NCBI GenBank assembly: GCA_963846575.1
Contig: CAWJWJ010000002.1
Coordinates: forward strand, 1,760,001 to 1,824,000
Reading direction: 5' to 3'
Length of the DNA stretch: 64,000 nucleotides
Origin: an uncultured Nitrospiraceae bacterium
Lineage (GTDB): Bacteria; Nitrospirota; Nitrospiria; Nitrospirales; Nitrospiraceae
Part shown: piece after piece, positions 31,434-41,745 of the stretch
Position numbering within the stretch: position 1 is the first letter of the stretch
Layout of the letters: every line of letters begins with the position of its first letter
Notes under the pieces: model-generated
Seen by the model: only the letters and a program-made list of their open reading frames with translations
The model's database searches: none
Told to the model about the DNA's origin: nothing
Made by a program: the position numbers and the translations under genes

Positions 31434-32415
31434 ATGAATCCCTCGTCGAGACCACTCAATCGAAGCCATTCTGAACGACGCCGCTCGGGCGTCGGGCGGC
31501 CCTGGCACTGGGTATGCGCGGCGCATGAGCTTTTGACCACCACCGTCGGGCCGGAGCGGCCATGGGTGTTCTGCAGTCCTGGCGGGATGCCACCGGGCGC
31601 CGGGCACGGCCCGGGATCAGGTTATTTATTTTTCGGAAGAGAAAGAAATCGCCATGGGCCTCACCGCGTTTCGGGAGGTTCTGCGGCACGCGCCGCTCAG
31701 CGACAACGCGGAAGTCAATGAAATGGTGCACCGGGTGGGGGACCGGATTGCCAAGGCGGCAAACAAGCCGGAGTATCAGTGGGAGTTCGCTGTCATTCAG
31801 GACGACCGGATGGTCAATGCGTTCGCGCTGCCCGGCGGGAAGGTCGCGATGTTTACCGGGATTTTGAAACTCACGAAGGACGAAGACGGGCTGGCCACGG
31901 TGATGGGCCATGAGGTTGCGCATGCGTTGCAGCGCCATGGGGTGGAACGGATGAGTCGGAGTATTCTTGAACAGATCGGACAATTGGCCGCCCTGGGAGC
32001 CGGCGCGGCCACGGGACGCCCCGATGCGGCGATGGCGGCGATGACGGTCTATGGCGTCGGCGTATCACTACCGTTCGACCGCCGGCAGGAGTCGGAAGCG
32101 GACCAGATCGGACTTCGATTAATGGCGCAGGCGGGGTACGATCCTCGTGAGGCCGTGGCGTTTTGGGAGCGGATGAGCGGCTGTCCGCGGGCGATGATCA
32201 GGAAGCTCTGTTTTCGGTCGCAGCAGGCGATCCCGGAATTTCTTTCCACCCATCCTTCCGATGTGACTCGTATCAATCAGATCGAAGCCTGGATGCCGGA
32301 GGCGTTGAAGTTCTATCACCCTTCCGGAATGACCCCGGCATTGCCAATCGGTCCCATCCAGCCCTACCGGCCGCCGGTGGGGCCGATGCCTGAGGCGCCG
32401 CTGCCGACAGGATAA
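31434..32415 (+). CDS. M48 family metallopeptidase lipoprotein (5' end apparently frameshifted)
   Basis: [13 protein letters not shown] zinc motif, QESEAD, STHP. In-frame lipobox LAGC at 31579-31590, but an in-frame stop at 31534 precedes it. Confidence 0.8.
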
Positions 32416-32435
32416 TTTTTCTCGAGAGGTCAATT

Positions 32436-35400
32436 GTGCCACGACGGACAGACATCCGCTCCATTCTTCTGATCGGTTCGGGCCCTATCGTCATCGGACA
32501 AGCCTGCGAGTTCGACTACTCAGGCACGCAGGCCTGCAAAGCCCTCAAGGAAGAGGGCTACCGCGTCATCTTAATCAACAGCAATCCCGCCACGATTATG
32601 ACGGATCCGGATTTTGCCGACCGGACCTATATCGAACCGATTACTCTCGACGTCGTCGAGAAAGTGATCGAGTGCGAACGACCGGATGCGCTCCTGCCGA
32701 CCATGGGCGGACAGACCGCTCTGAATACGGCGATCGGATTGGCCAAGCGGGGCGTGCTGGAGAAATACGGCGTCAAACTCATCGGCGCGTCGATCGAAGC
32801 CATCCATAAGGCCGAGGATCGGGACGCGTTTCGCCAGGCCATGTGGAAAATCGGCTTGCGGGTGCCCGATAGCGGCGTGGCCACGTCGCTGCTGGAGGCC
32901 GAGGAGCAGGTCAAGCGGGTGCAATTTCCCGCTATCGTCAGACCCTCGTTCACGATGGGGGGCACCGGCGGCAATATCGCCTACAACATCGAAGAATTTC
33001 GCGCCCAGGTGGAATGGGGCCTGTCCATGAGTCCCGTCCGACAGGTGCTGATCGAACAGTCGGTCATCGGCTGGAAAGAGTTCGAACTCGAAGTCATGCG
33101 CGACCTGAAAGACAACGTCGTCATCGTGTGTCCGATTGAGAATCTGGACCCGATGGGCGTGCACACCGGCGACAGTATTACCGTCGCTCCCGCTCTCACG
33201 CTGACCGACAAAGAGTATCAGATGATGCGTGACGCGGCCGTCCGCATCATTCGCGAAATCGGCGTCGATACCGGCGGGGCCAACATTCAATTCGGCATGA
33301 ATCCCGTCAACGGCGAGATGGTCGTCATCGAAATGAATCCGCGTGTCTCGCGCAGTTCGGCCCTGGCATCGAAAGCGACGGGATTCCCCATTGCCAAGAT
33401 CGCAGCCAAGCTGGCCGTCGGCTATTCCCTCGACGAAATCACCAATGACATCACCGGGGTGACGAAAGCCTCGTTCGAACCGACGATCGACTACGTCGTC
33501 GTCAAAATCCCCCGATTCGCCTTTCAGAAATTCCGCGGGGCCGATCCCACGCTCACCACTCAAATGAAATCAGTGGGCGAGGTGATGGCGATCGGGCGGA
33601 CGTTCAAGGAAGCGCTGCAGAAGGCGATACGTTCCATGGAAGTGGATCAATTCGGGCTGAGCTCAAAAATGGGCCTGGATTTGGGCGTGCCCGCCACACT
33701 TAATCGGGAAGAGGCGATGGAGCAGGTCCGGAAATTCGTGCGGACCCCGCTTCCGGACCGGCTCTGGCGACTCGCCGACGGCATGCGGCTGGGGATGAGC
33801 AACCAGGAACTGTTCAGCCTCACGAAGATTGATCCGTGGTTTCTGGAGCAGCTTCGAGAACTCCTGGAGTTCGAGCGCCGGCTCGTCGCAGAACGCGGCA
33901 GCATCGGCGCGACGGGTCTCGATCCCGGGCTTTTGCTGGAGGCCAAGACACTGGGATTTTCGGACGAGCGGCTGGCCCAGCTGCTCGGGGTGGAACAGCT
34001 CACCGTCCGCAGTTGGAGACTGACGCTAGGCCAGGGCACCTCCCCACGAGGTGTGACGTATAAACGCGTCGATACCTGCGCGGCTGAGTTCGAAGCCCAT
34101 ACACCGTATCTCTATTCCACGTACGGGCAGGACTGTGAAGCGCGTCCCACGAAACGGAAGAAGGTCGTGATTCTCGGCGGGGGCCCGAACCGAATCGGCC
34201 AGGGAATCGAATTCGACTACTGTTGTGTACATGCGGCAATGGCCCTGCGCGAAGAACAGATCGAAACCATCATGGTGAATTGCAATCCCGAGACGGTCAG
34301 TACGGACTATGACACGTCCGACCGCCTGTATTTCGAACCGTTGACGGAAGAAGACGTGCTGAACATCGTGCAGCGGGAAGAGCCGATGGGCGTGGTGTTG
34401 CAGTTCGGTGGACAGACGCCCTTGAAGCTGGCGCTCTCGTTCTCCCGCGCCGGCGTGACGATTCTCGGCACCAGTCCCGATGCGATCGACCGGGCGGAAG
34501 ATCGGGCGCGGTTCCGCGAGCTGCTCGATAAGCTCGGCCTGCGACAGGCGGAGAGCGGCATGGCTCGTTCCGTGGAGGAAGCGAGGACGATCGCGGGGAC
34601 CATTACGTATCCGGTGATGGTGCGGCCCTCCTATGTGCTGGGCGGACGTTCGATGCAAATCGTGTATGACGAGACCGGGCTGTTGGCCTATATGAACACG
34701 GCGGTCAAGCCTACGGACAAACATCCGCTGCTAATCGACAGGTATTTGCGCGATGCGATCGAAATCGATGCCGACGCCATTTCCGACGGCACCACCGTCG
34801 TGGTGGCCGGCATCATGGAGCACATTGAGGAAGCGGGTGTCCACTCGGGGGATTCGGCCTGCTCCCTTCCTCCCTATACCCTGGATCCTTCGACCATCGA
34901 AGAGATCCGGAGACAAATGACCGCGTTGGCACTGGAACTCGGGGTCATCGGCCTCATGAACGCCCAGTTTGCCGTGAAGGATCAGACCATCTATGTGCTC
35001 GAGGTCAATCCCCGGGGTTCGCGGACCGTACCCTTTGTCAGTAAGGCCATCGGAGTTCCCCTGGCAAAACTGGCGATGAAGGTCATGGTCGGGAAATCAC
35101 TCCAACAATTGAACTTCACCACCGCGCCGTCCCCCGCGCACCTTTCCGTGAAGGAAGCGGTTTTCCCATTTACAAAATTCGCCGGGGTGGATGTCCTCCT
35201 GGGTCCTGAGATGAAATCAACCGGGGAGGTGATGGGAATCGACAGCGATTTCGCCTGGGCGTTCGTCAAGGCTCAGGCGGGGGCCGGCGCCATCCTTCCC
35301 ACCTCTGGTACCGCCTTCATCAGCGTGAAGAGCGAAGACCGTGCAGGAGCCTATGATGTCGCGCGTCGGCTCGCTACACTCGGCTTCCGCATCACAGCCA

Positions 35401-35705
35401 CTTCCGGAACCGCGCTGCATTTGAGCGAGCAGGGACTCTGCGTGGATGTCGTGAATAAGGTGCAGGAAGGACGCCCGCACATCGTCGACCATATTAAAAA
35501 TGGCGACGTGGCCCTGGTCGTCAATACTGTGCGGACCGCCTCGGCCCAGACAGACTCACTCTCCATACGACGCGAAGCGTTGCATAAAGGTGTCCCCTAT
35601 TACACGACGATGCGCGGGGCGCTGGCGGCCGTGATGGGGATAGAAGCCTTGCTCAAAAAGGGGCTTGCCATTCGAGCTCTGCAGGAGTATCACCGAGGGA
35701 ACTGA
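32436..35705 (+). CDS. carB: Carbamoyl-phosphate synthase large subunit
   Basis: [17 protein letters not shown], two ATP-grasp halves, MGS domain. Confidence 0.98.
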   Translation: MPRRTDIRSILLIGSGPIVIGQACEFDYSGTQACKALKEEGYRVILINSNPATIMTDPDFADRTYIEPITLDVVEKVIECERPDALLPTMGGQTALNTAIGLAKRGVLEKYGVKLIGASIEAIHKAEDRDAFRQAMWKIGLRVPDSGVATSLLEAEEQVKRVQFPAIVRPSFTMGGTGGNIAYNIEEFRAQVEWGLSMSPVRQVLIEQSVIGWKEFELEVMRDLKDNVVIVCPIENLDPMGVHTGDSITVAPALTLTDKEYQMMRDAAVRIIREIGVDTGGANIQFGMNPVNGEMVVIEMNPRVSRSSALASKATGFPIAKIAAKLAVGYSLDEITNDITGVTKASFEPTIDYVVVKIPRFAFQKFRGADPTLTTQMKSVGEVMAIGRTFKEALQKAIRSMEVDQFGLSSKMGLDLGVPATLNREEAMEQVRKFVRTPLPDRLWRLADGMRLGMSNQELFSLTKIDPWFLEQLRELLEFERRLVAERGSIGATGLDPGLLLEAKTLGFSDERLAQLLGVEQLTVRSWRLTLGQGTSPRGVTYKRVDTCAAEFEAHTPYLYSTYGQDCEARPTKRKKVVILGGGPNRIGQGIEFDYCCVHAAMALREEQIETIMVNCNPETVSTDYDTSDRLYFEPLTEEDVLNIVQREEPMGVVLQFGGQTPLKLALSFSRAGVTILGTSPDAIDRAEDRARFRELLDKLGLRQAESGMARSVEEARTIAGTITYPVMVRPSYVLGGRSMQIVYDETGLLAYMNTAVKPTDKHPLLIDRYLRDAIEIDADAISDGTTVVVAGIMEHIEEAGVHSGDSACSLPPYTLDPSTIEEIRRQMTALALELGVIGLMNAQFAVKDQTIYVLEVNPRGSRTVPFVSKAIGVPLAKLAMKVMVGKSLQQLNFTTAPSPAHLSVKEAVFPFTKFAGVDVLLGPEMKSTGEVMGIDSDFAWAFVKAQAGAGAILPTSGTAFISVKSEDRAGAYDVARRLATLGFRITATSGTALHLSEQGLCVDVVNKVQEGRPHIVDHIKNGDVALVVNTVRTASAQTDSLSIRREALHKGVPYYTTMRGALAAVMGIEALLKKGLAIRALQEYHRGN

Positions 35706-35847
35706 TTCAGGATCCGGTCCATCAGGCACTCGACAAGACCTTCCAGCAGGAGTCGGAAGCGGTTCGTGGCTCCGCCAGCGGTGGCCGCTCAGGCACGCAG
35801 AGGCGCCCTGCCGGAAGTCGAGCTTTACGATCATGTGGAGGGGAGGC

Positions 35848-36324
35848 ATGCCGACACCGATCACGCGAAAGGGGTATGAGGCGCTCAAAGCGGAGTTGGA
35901 TCGATTGCATAAAATCGAGCGCCCACGGGTCATTGAGGCCATCGCAGAAGCCCGCGCGCATGGCGATCTGAGCGAGAATGCCGAATACGATGCAGCCAAA
36001 GAGCGTCAGGGCTTCATCGAAGCTCGGTTGGCCGAGCTCAAAGGAAAACTGGCCGATGCGCGCATCATCGACACCGCCGGACGGGTCAGCGAGACCGTGG
36101 TCTTCGGTGCAACCGTGGTCCTGATCGAGCAGGAAGCACAAGAGAAAAAACAATATACCCTCGTGGGCCAGGATGAGGCAGATCTGAAATTCTCCCGCAT
36201 CTCCGTCCAATCTCCCGTCGGCCGGGCGCTCATCGGAAAGCGGGTCGGTGATCTGGTGGCAGTAACCACGCCGGCTAAAGTGGTCGAGTACGAAGTGATG
36301 GAAATCCGTTTTGATGAACTTTAG
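35848..36324 (+). CDS. greA: Transcription elongation factor GreA
   Basis: GGAGG RBS; HGDLSENAEYDAAK; SPVGRALIGK. Confidence 0.95.
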   Translation: MPTPITRKGYEALKAELDRLHKIERPRVIEAIAEARAHGDLSENAEYDAAKERQGFIEARLAELKGKLADARIIDTAGRVSETVVFGATVVLIEQEAQEKKQYTLVGQDEADLKFSRISVQSPVGRALIGKRVGDLVAVTTPAKVVEYEVMEIRFDEL

Positions 36325-36401
36325 CCACCGTCTCAGCGTTCTCCGTCACGGCCCTCCCATCGCAACTGGTGGCCTCTTATCCCTCCGGGCGTGAGATTCT
36401 C

Positions 36402-37202
36402 ATGCCGTCAGCCATTCCCCTCATCACCCTCTTGACGGATTTCGGCGACCGGGACTATTTCGTGGCGAGCATGAAAGGCGTCATGCTCAACATCAATCCC
36501 CAGGCCCGCATCGTCGACCTTTCGCACCACGTTACGGCACACGATGTGGCGGATGCGGCCTACCTGTTGAAATGCTGTTACAGATATTTCCCCGACGGCA
36601 CGATCCATGTGGCGGTTGTCGACCCCGGTGTGGGCAGCCATCGACGCCCGCTCTTAGTCTCCTCGTCCCGCTACTTTTTCATCGGACCGGATAACGGACT
36701 CTTCACCCATGTCTACCAGGAAGAGACCGGCGTGGAAGTACGGCAGATCGAAAACCGCCAATATCGGCTCGATGCCGAGGGCGTGACATTCGACGGGCGC
36801 GACCTCTTCGCTCCCGCCGCCGCCTGGCTGACGAAAGGTCAACCCATCGGGTCTTTCGGGCGCCTCGTACCGAACTACGAGCGTCTCTCGATCGCCGAGC
36901 CAGCCTGGGACAAACATGCACTGGCGGGACAGATCGTCTACATCGATCGTTTCGGCAACTTGATTTCGAACCTCACCAACTACCACCTCAAAGAAGTCCG
37001 GGGTCTGACGAAACGAGCGGAGCCGTACATCCGTATCGGCGGACTCACCATCGACGGAATGGTGCGGAGTTATGCCGAGGGAGAAACCGCTCAGCCGAAG
37101 GCGCTGATCAACAGCAACGGCTACCTGGAAGTCTTCCTGAAGGAAGGGCGAGCCTGCGACCATTTGAAGACTCCGCGTGGAACAAGGATCGAGCTCTGCT
37201 GA
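36402..37202 (+). CDS. DUF62 family SAM hydroxide adenosyltransferase/halogenase-fold protein
   Basis: TDFG, VVDPGVG, GPDNG, TF(D)GRD, DRFGNLISN. Confidence 0.9.
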   Translation: MPSAIPLITLLTDFGDRDYFVASMKGVMLNINPQARIVDLSHHVTAHDVADAAYLLKCCYRYFPDGTIHVAVVDPGVGSHRRPLLVSSSRYFFIGPDNGLFTHVYQEETGVEVRQIENRQYRLDAEGVTFDGRDLFAPAAAWLTKGQPIGSFGRLVPNYERLSIAEPAWDKHALAGQIVYIDRFGNLISNLTNYHLKEVRGLTKRAEPYIRIGGLTIDGMVRSYAEGETAQPKALINSNGYLEVFLKEGRACDHLKTPRGTRIELC

Positions 37203-37269
37203 GCCCACGCAGGCGAATACCCCGGCGCACCATCGCAGACGTTTCCTTGCCCGCCCAAGCGCACTGCAA

Positions 37270-37315
37270 TTGACAGGCTCAAGATGTCGATGTTTTAATG
37301 ACAATGGTGTCATTA
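37270..37315 (+). promoter_or_regulatory. sigma70-like promoter overlapped by perfect palindromic operator
   Basis: TTGACA-N18-TTTAAT; TAATGACA-N4-TGTCATTA at 37296-37315. Confidence 0.6.
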
Positions 37316-37654
37316 TCGGGACACAGCACCCCGTGCTGCATACCATGATCCTATACGTGCATTGCTACCCGCGATTCGATCCTGTCACGATAGTTCCCGT
37401 TGCCCTCGTCATTTGCCTCCTGCTCCCTCGAGCCGGCACCACGGCTAGCCGGGAGTCACCGCTCCTGGTTTCTCAGCAAGACTACCCGGACCGCGAAGCA
37501 GGCCAGGGGCATCAGCCTCGCTCATTGCGATCCGTCGGCCCATGAGCGGGTCAGCCCAAAGAGCCAGTTCGGAAACGTACCCGAACCGGCGGATTTCTCG
37601 GGACTTCACTTCGGATGCGCCCGGACCGATATGACAAGTGAGAAATGGAAGGTT

Positions 37655-38653
37655 ATGAAGCTACCCCTGCATCGGCGGTCAGCAATCCTCCTGGGGCTAG
37701 GGCTCGCGGCCTGTACAGGCACTGAACCGCCGGCAGCCTCAATCGCCACCGTTCCGCCAGCGGTGACGGCGAAACATCAGGCGGAGGTTCGCACAACCCT
37801 CGTCGAAGCACCGGTGCCCCCTCCCGATCTGACCTTGTCGGCTCGAATCACCTATTCGGAAGACGGGTTCTCGAAGATTTCTTCACCTCTCCAGGGACCG
37901 GTGCTGGATGTCCGCGTAAAACTCGGCCAGGCCGTCAAGGCCGGCGATGTCCTGATGCTCATGGATGCGGCCGACATCGCCACTGCCTATGCTGCGTACG
38001 TCGCTGAAATTTCCGAACTAGGGTTAGCCGAACGCAATTACGAACTGACTAAGGATCTGTATGAGGCGCAGGCCATGTCTCTTAAAGATCTTGAGCATGC
38101 GCAAAACGACCTGAACCGGGAGCGGGCCGAGTTCAATCAGGCCAAAGGACGGCTGTTGTCACTTCGCGTGCCCCCCGCCGAACTCAGTAAGCCGTTGGCG
38201 CAACAACAGATCACCTCGCGGTTCGAATTACGTAGCCCGCTGACCGGCACGGTCGTGGAACGGAATGTGACCCCCGGACAAATCGTCGGACCGGCCTTGG
38301 ACGCCCCTCTCTTTACCGTGGCGAATCTGGAGCGGCTCCAGGTCGTCGCCGACGTCTATGAGCATGATCTGTCTGGTATTCAGGTGGGAGCGGTTGCGCG
38401 GATGACGGTCGAGGCCTATCCGGGACTTGAATTTCCCGCCACAATCGCGGTTATCGGAGATGTGGTGGATCCGGCCACACGCACCATAAAAATTCGCGCT
38501 ACGGTCTCAAATGAGGATCGGCGGCTGAAGCCGGGCATGTTCGCGCGCTTGATCGTCGAAGGGCACGCCACGTCCCCGAAAATCGTCACCCCCTCGACCA
38601 GTGATCGTGAGGGAGTGCGGCAACGGCACCGCCTGGACCCTGTCGGGGCTTGA
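37655..38653 (+). CDS. RND efflux periplasmic adaptor (CzcB/CusB-like) lipoprotein
   Basis: Lipobox LAAC; GQAVKAGDVL, LRSPLTGTV, VDPATRTIKIR, LKPGMF. Confidence 0.85.
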   Translation: MKLPLHRRSAILLGLGLAACTGTEPPAASIATVPPAVTAKHQAEVRTTLVEAPVPPPDLTLSARITYSEDGFSKISSPLQGPVLDVRVKLGQAVKAGDVLMLMDAADIATAYAAYVAEISELGLAERNYELTKDLYEAQAMSLKDLEHAQNDLNRERAEFNQAKGRLLSLRVPPAELSKPLAQQQITSRFELRSPLTGTVVERNVTPGQIVGPALDAPLFTVANLERLQVVADVYEHDLSGIQVGAVARMTVEAYPGLEFPATIAVIGDVVDPATRTIKIRATVSNEDRRLKPGMFARLIVEGHATSPKIVTPSTSDREGVRQRHRLDPVGA

Positions 38654-38821
38654 ACAGACCATCAAGGAGACCTGGGTCGCTCTCGACGCTTGAGCCGGCA
38701 CTGACCTGACGAGGCTAGAAGGCCTCACAGCCCACACCTCTTCCTCCCCGCACATTTGGCCGTCACGTGCTCTTCGCTGACAATCCGTCCCCGGGGGTAT
38801 GCCGGTCTGTCCAGGCGGGTC

Positions 38822-40048
38822 TCATAACGCGGCAACCAGAATCCGTACGAGTCCGGAGAGATCTTCGCTATCCACACCGGCCACCGTTCGGTAGGTCGTA
38901 TTGTTGTAGGCCGCTTCGATCGAAATCGTGGTGGGATGCCCGTAGATAGGATCGAGATGGAAGGCGAACATTCCTCGGCCCACCACACTTTCCGTCCCGA
39001 TCAGTCCGTCGCTGGACGTCGTGCTGGTATACCCTCCCATCGCACTGACCAACAATCGCCGGCTTTGTTTGTATTGCAATGACAGAGATGCCATCGGTGT
39101 GTGAATCTTTGCACCGGACCAACCTTGAGTCTCGGTCCGGTAGCTGAGCGTCGGCGCGATGGCCAGAGTATTGATGGGGCGAAAGATCCCTGTGAATGTC
39201 TGGGACAACGCGCTGGTTTCAGCGCCATTTCTGATTTCGTCATTGGTCAAGATGAGACTCGAAGCCAAGCGTGCGTTCCAGGTGAGGCCGGCATACGCGA
39301 TGGCCGCTTCCATACTGTTGCTATGACTTCGTTGCGGCGCCGTGCCCGCCGGATCGAAGCTGCTGGTTAAGGTACTGCGGGAGTAGGTCAGACTGAATTC
39401 GGGCCAGGCCGGCTTGCCCAACGAAATCCCGACACGATTGAAGTGTTGCTCGATACGCGAACGGGTAGGCTCCAGATCTACGTTGTTCCAGGTCTGCCCG
39501 GAGGAGCTTCTGAGCTTGACAAGACCGAACCCCCACTCACCCCACATTTCACGCACCGTTTGATCCGGTGAATTGAAAAAAGCTTTTCCCGCCGACCGAT
39601 AATTAATCCCGTATCGGAAGGGACCGTTCGTTCCTGCCAGCGCCATCCTCACCATTCGCTTCGAGCCATCATCACGTTGGTCGATACGTGAGGCCATACC
39701 CGCATCATTTGTCGCGTTGTTGGCGACTTCTCCCTCCGCTCTCAGCTGGCCCTTGAGCCAAGTGGAGGCAGCACCGATCCCCTTCGTCTGGGGTCGATCC
39801 GAATCAGGAACGAGATCCTTCAGCCTGGTCGAGGTCGTGGGAGGGGTGAAGGAGGTCGCTTGAAATGAGGTATGCAGCACGGGAGTCGCTATGGAAAACG
39901 GAATAGCCGAGGGACCGGATTCGCGGGCGGCGTCGGTGAACTGAATGCGCTGGAGGAGGAGATCCGAGGGTTGCGTGTCGTCCGCCAGAACCGCCGGCGG
40001 TAGGGCCAGCAGGGCGAGAAAGCCCCAAATCATCCGACTGATCGTCAT
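38822..40048 (-). CDS. Exported hypothetical protein, probable outer-membrane beta-barrel
   Basis: Signal peptide (VLA/DD); alternating beta-strand pattern rich in S/T/G/Y. Confidence 0.6.
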   Translation of the reverse strand: MTISRMIWGFLALLALPPAVLADDTQPSDLLLQRIQFTDAARESGPSAIPFSIATPVLHTSFQATSFTPPTTSTRLKDLVPDSDRPQTKGIGAASTWLKGQLRAEGEVANNATNDAGMASRIDQRDDGSKRMVRMALAGTNGPFRYGINYRSAGKAFFNSPDQTVREMWGEWGFGLVKLRSSSGQTWNNVDLEPTRSRIEQHFNRVGISLGKPAWPEFSLTYSRSTLTSSFDPAGTAPQRSHSNSMEAAIAYAGLTWNARLASSLILTNDEIRNGAETSALSQTFTGIFRPINTLAIAPTLSYRTETQGWSGAKIHTPMASLSLQYKQSRRLLVSAMGGYTSTTSSDGLIGTESVVGRGMFAFHLDPIYGHPTTISIEAAYNNTTYRTVAGVDSEDLSGLVRILVAAL

Positions 40049-40222
40049 GCGGTAAGACCCGCCGGCGGGATGTCGTGGAGTAGCATAAAATCAAGTGTAG
40101 CACTCGATTTTTAGCGTCTCGGGCACCGGGGAACGTGCACAAAATCGACCGTAGACTGTTCGGTGGCGAACACCCGAGAGGTTGTCCGGCGAGATGCGAA
40201 TCGGCGGCAATGGCGGGGAGTT

Positions 40223-41617
40223 TTAGGACGAGACGTGTCGGGATTCGGTGGTCTCAACGATGGCGCGGTGCAAAATTGCAACCATCTTCGTTAACTCTCG
40301 AGGTCGGATGGAGAGGGGCGGTACCAGCGCAAGCACATTGCCGAGGGGTCTGAGAAGAAGACCCTGTGCCCGGGAGGCGCGGGCGACGAGATGGCCAATC
40401 CGTTGTTCCATGGGATAGGGTGTGCGCGTCTTGCGATCCTGCACCAGTTCGATTCCGACCATGAAGCCGCATTGACGGATATCGCCCACATGGTCCAGCG
40501 CGGCCAAGGGACCTAGCAGGCGAGCGAGCAGCTTGGCCTGCTGCCGAACCCGGACAAGCGTCTTCTCGCGTCGAAAGACTTCGAGGTTGGCCAGAGCCAC
40601 CGCACAGCCCAACGGATTTCCCGTGTAACTGTGTCCATGAAAGAAGGTCTTCCACTCTTCGTAGCCGCCCAAGAAGGCGCGATAGATGTCCTCGGTGGTC
40701 AAGGTGGCCGCCAACGGCATGTAGCCGCCGGTCAACCCCTTGCTGATAGCCATGAGATCCGGGGTGACTCCTTCGTGGAGGCAGGCGAACATTTTTCCCG
40801 TGCGGCCGAAACCGGTCGCCACTTCATCCGCAATTAACAACACATCGTATTTGGTGCAAAGGTCCCGGACCCGCGTGAGGTATCCTGGCGGTGCAGTCAC
40901 CATCCCCGCGGCCGCTTGAACCAAGGGTTCCAGAATCACGCCGGCCAATTCGCGATGGCGCGTTCGTAACATCGTTTCGAGCGGGTCGATGCAGCTCATG
41001 TGGCACGAGGGGTAGGTGAGGCCAAGCGGACAACGGTAACAGTATGGCGGATCTACCTGAAGCGTGGGAAATAAGAGCGCTTTGAATCGCGCATGGAAGA
41101 GCTCAATGTTTCCGACACTGACGGCACCGACGGTGTCTCCATGGTAGGCCAGTTTCAAATGCAGGAAAGAGTCTTTCGGCCCGAGCTGCGGACGTCGCTG
41201 CTGCCAGTATTGCACAGCCATCTTCAGGGCGATCTCAACCGCGGTCGAACCATTATCCGAATAGAACACACGCCGAAGCCCTTTGGGAGCGAGACGCACG
41301 AGTTCGCGAGCCAATTTGATGGAGGGCGGATTGGAGAGGCCGAGCAGCGTGGAATGGGCAATGTCTCCAAGCTGCGCCACCAGCGCACGATCCAGTCTCG
41401 GATGCCGGTGACCGTGCAGATTGACCCAGATGGAAGACGTCCCGTCGAGATACTTCCGCCCTTCCGTATCGAAGAGGTAGACGCCTTTGCCCTTCTCGAT
41501 GATCACGGGGGGATCCTGCTCCCACTCCAGCATCTGGGTGAAGGGATGCCAGAGGTACGCGTGGTCCCACGCGGCGAGTCGAGTAGTCTTGGAAGGCATG
41601 GTCATGAGTGGACGCAC
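40223..41617 (-). CDS. bioA: Adenosylmethionine-8-amino-7-oxononanoate aminotransferase
   Basis: [44 protein letters not shown]. Start may be 41605. Confidence 0.95.
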   Translation of the reverse strand: MRPLMTMPSKTTRLAAWDHAYLWHPFTQMLEWEQDPPVIIEKGKGVYLFDTEGRKYLDGTSSIWVNLHGHRHPRLDRALVAQLGDIAHSTLLGLSNPPSIKLARELVRLAPKGLRRVFYSDNGSTAVEIALKMAVQYWQQRRPQLGPKDSFLHLKLAYHGDTVGAVSVGNIELFHARFKALLFPTLQVDPPYCYRCPLGLTYPSCHMSCIDPLETMLRTRHRELAGVILEPLVQAAAGMVTAPPGYLTRVRDLCTKYDVLLIADEVATGFGRTGKMFACLHEGVTPDLMAISKGLTGGYMPLAATLTTEDIYRAFLGGYEEWKTFFHGHSYTGNPLGCAVALANLEVFRREKTLVRVRQQAKLLARLLGPLAALDHVGDIRQCGFMVGIELVQDRKTRTPYPMEQRIGHLVARASRAQGLLLRPLGNVLALVPPLSIRPRELTKMVAILHRAIVETTESRHVSS

Positions 41618-41698
41618 ACAGAATTTATCGTGCGGCAGGGATTTGCCACGGGCGCGAAACGCCGCGTCGCGCGGGGATTATACCGGCGGGCGATTTCT

Positions 41699-41727
41699 TT
41701 GACAACCTTGGAGGCGGCCACTATAAT
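41699..41727 (+). promoter_or_regulatory. Perfect-consensus sigma70 promoter of lepA operon
   Basis: TTGACA-N17-TATAAT. Confidence 0.85.
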
Positions 41728-41745
41728 GAACCGATTTTTGGGGAC

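Noticed and set aside
36402..37202. Calling it a fluorinase/chlorinase
   Set aside because: The fold is shared, but there is no FlA-type loop insertion or biosynthetic cluster context, so activity cannot be assigned.
38664..38690. Remnant start of a deleted RND pump gene (AAGGAGA followed by a non-start codon)
   Set aside because: Too short to support any homology.
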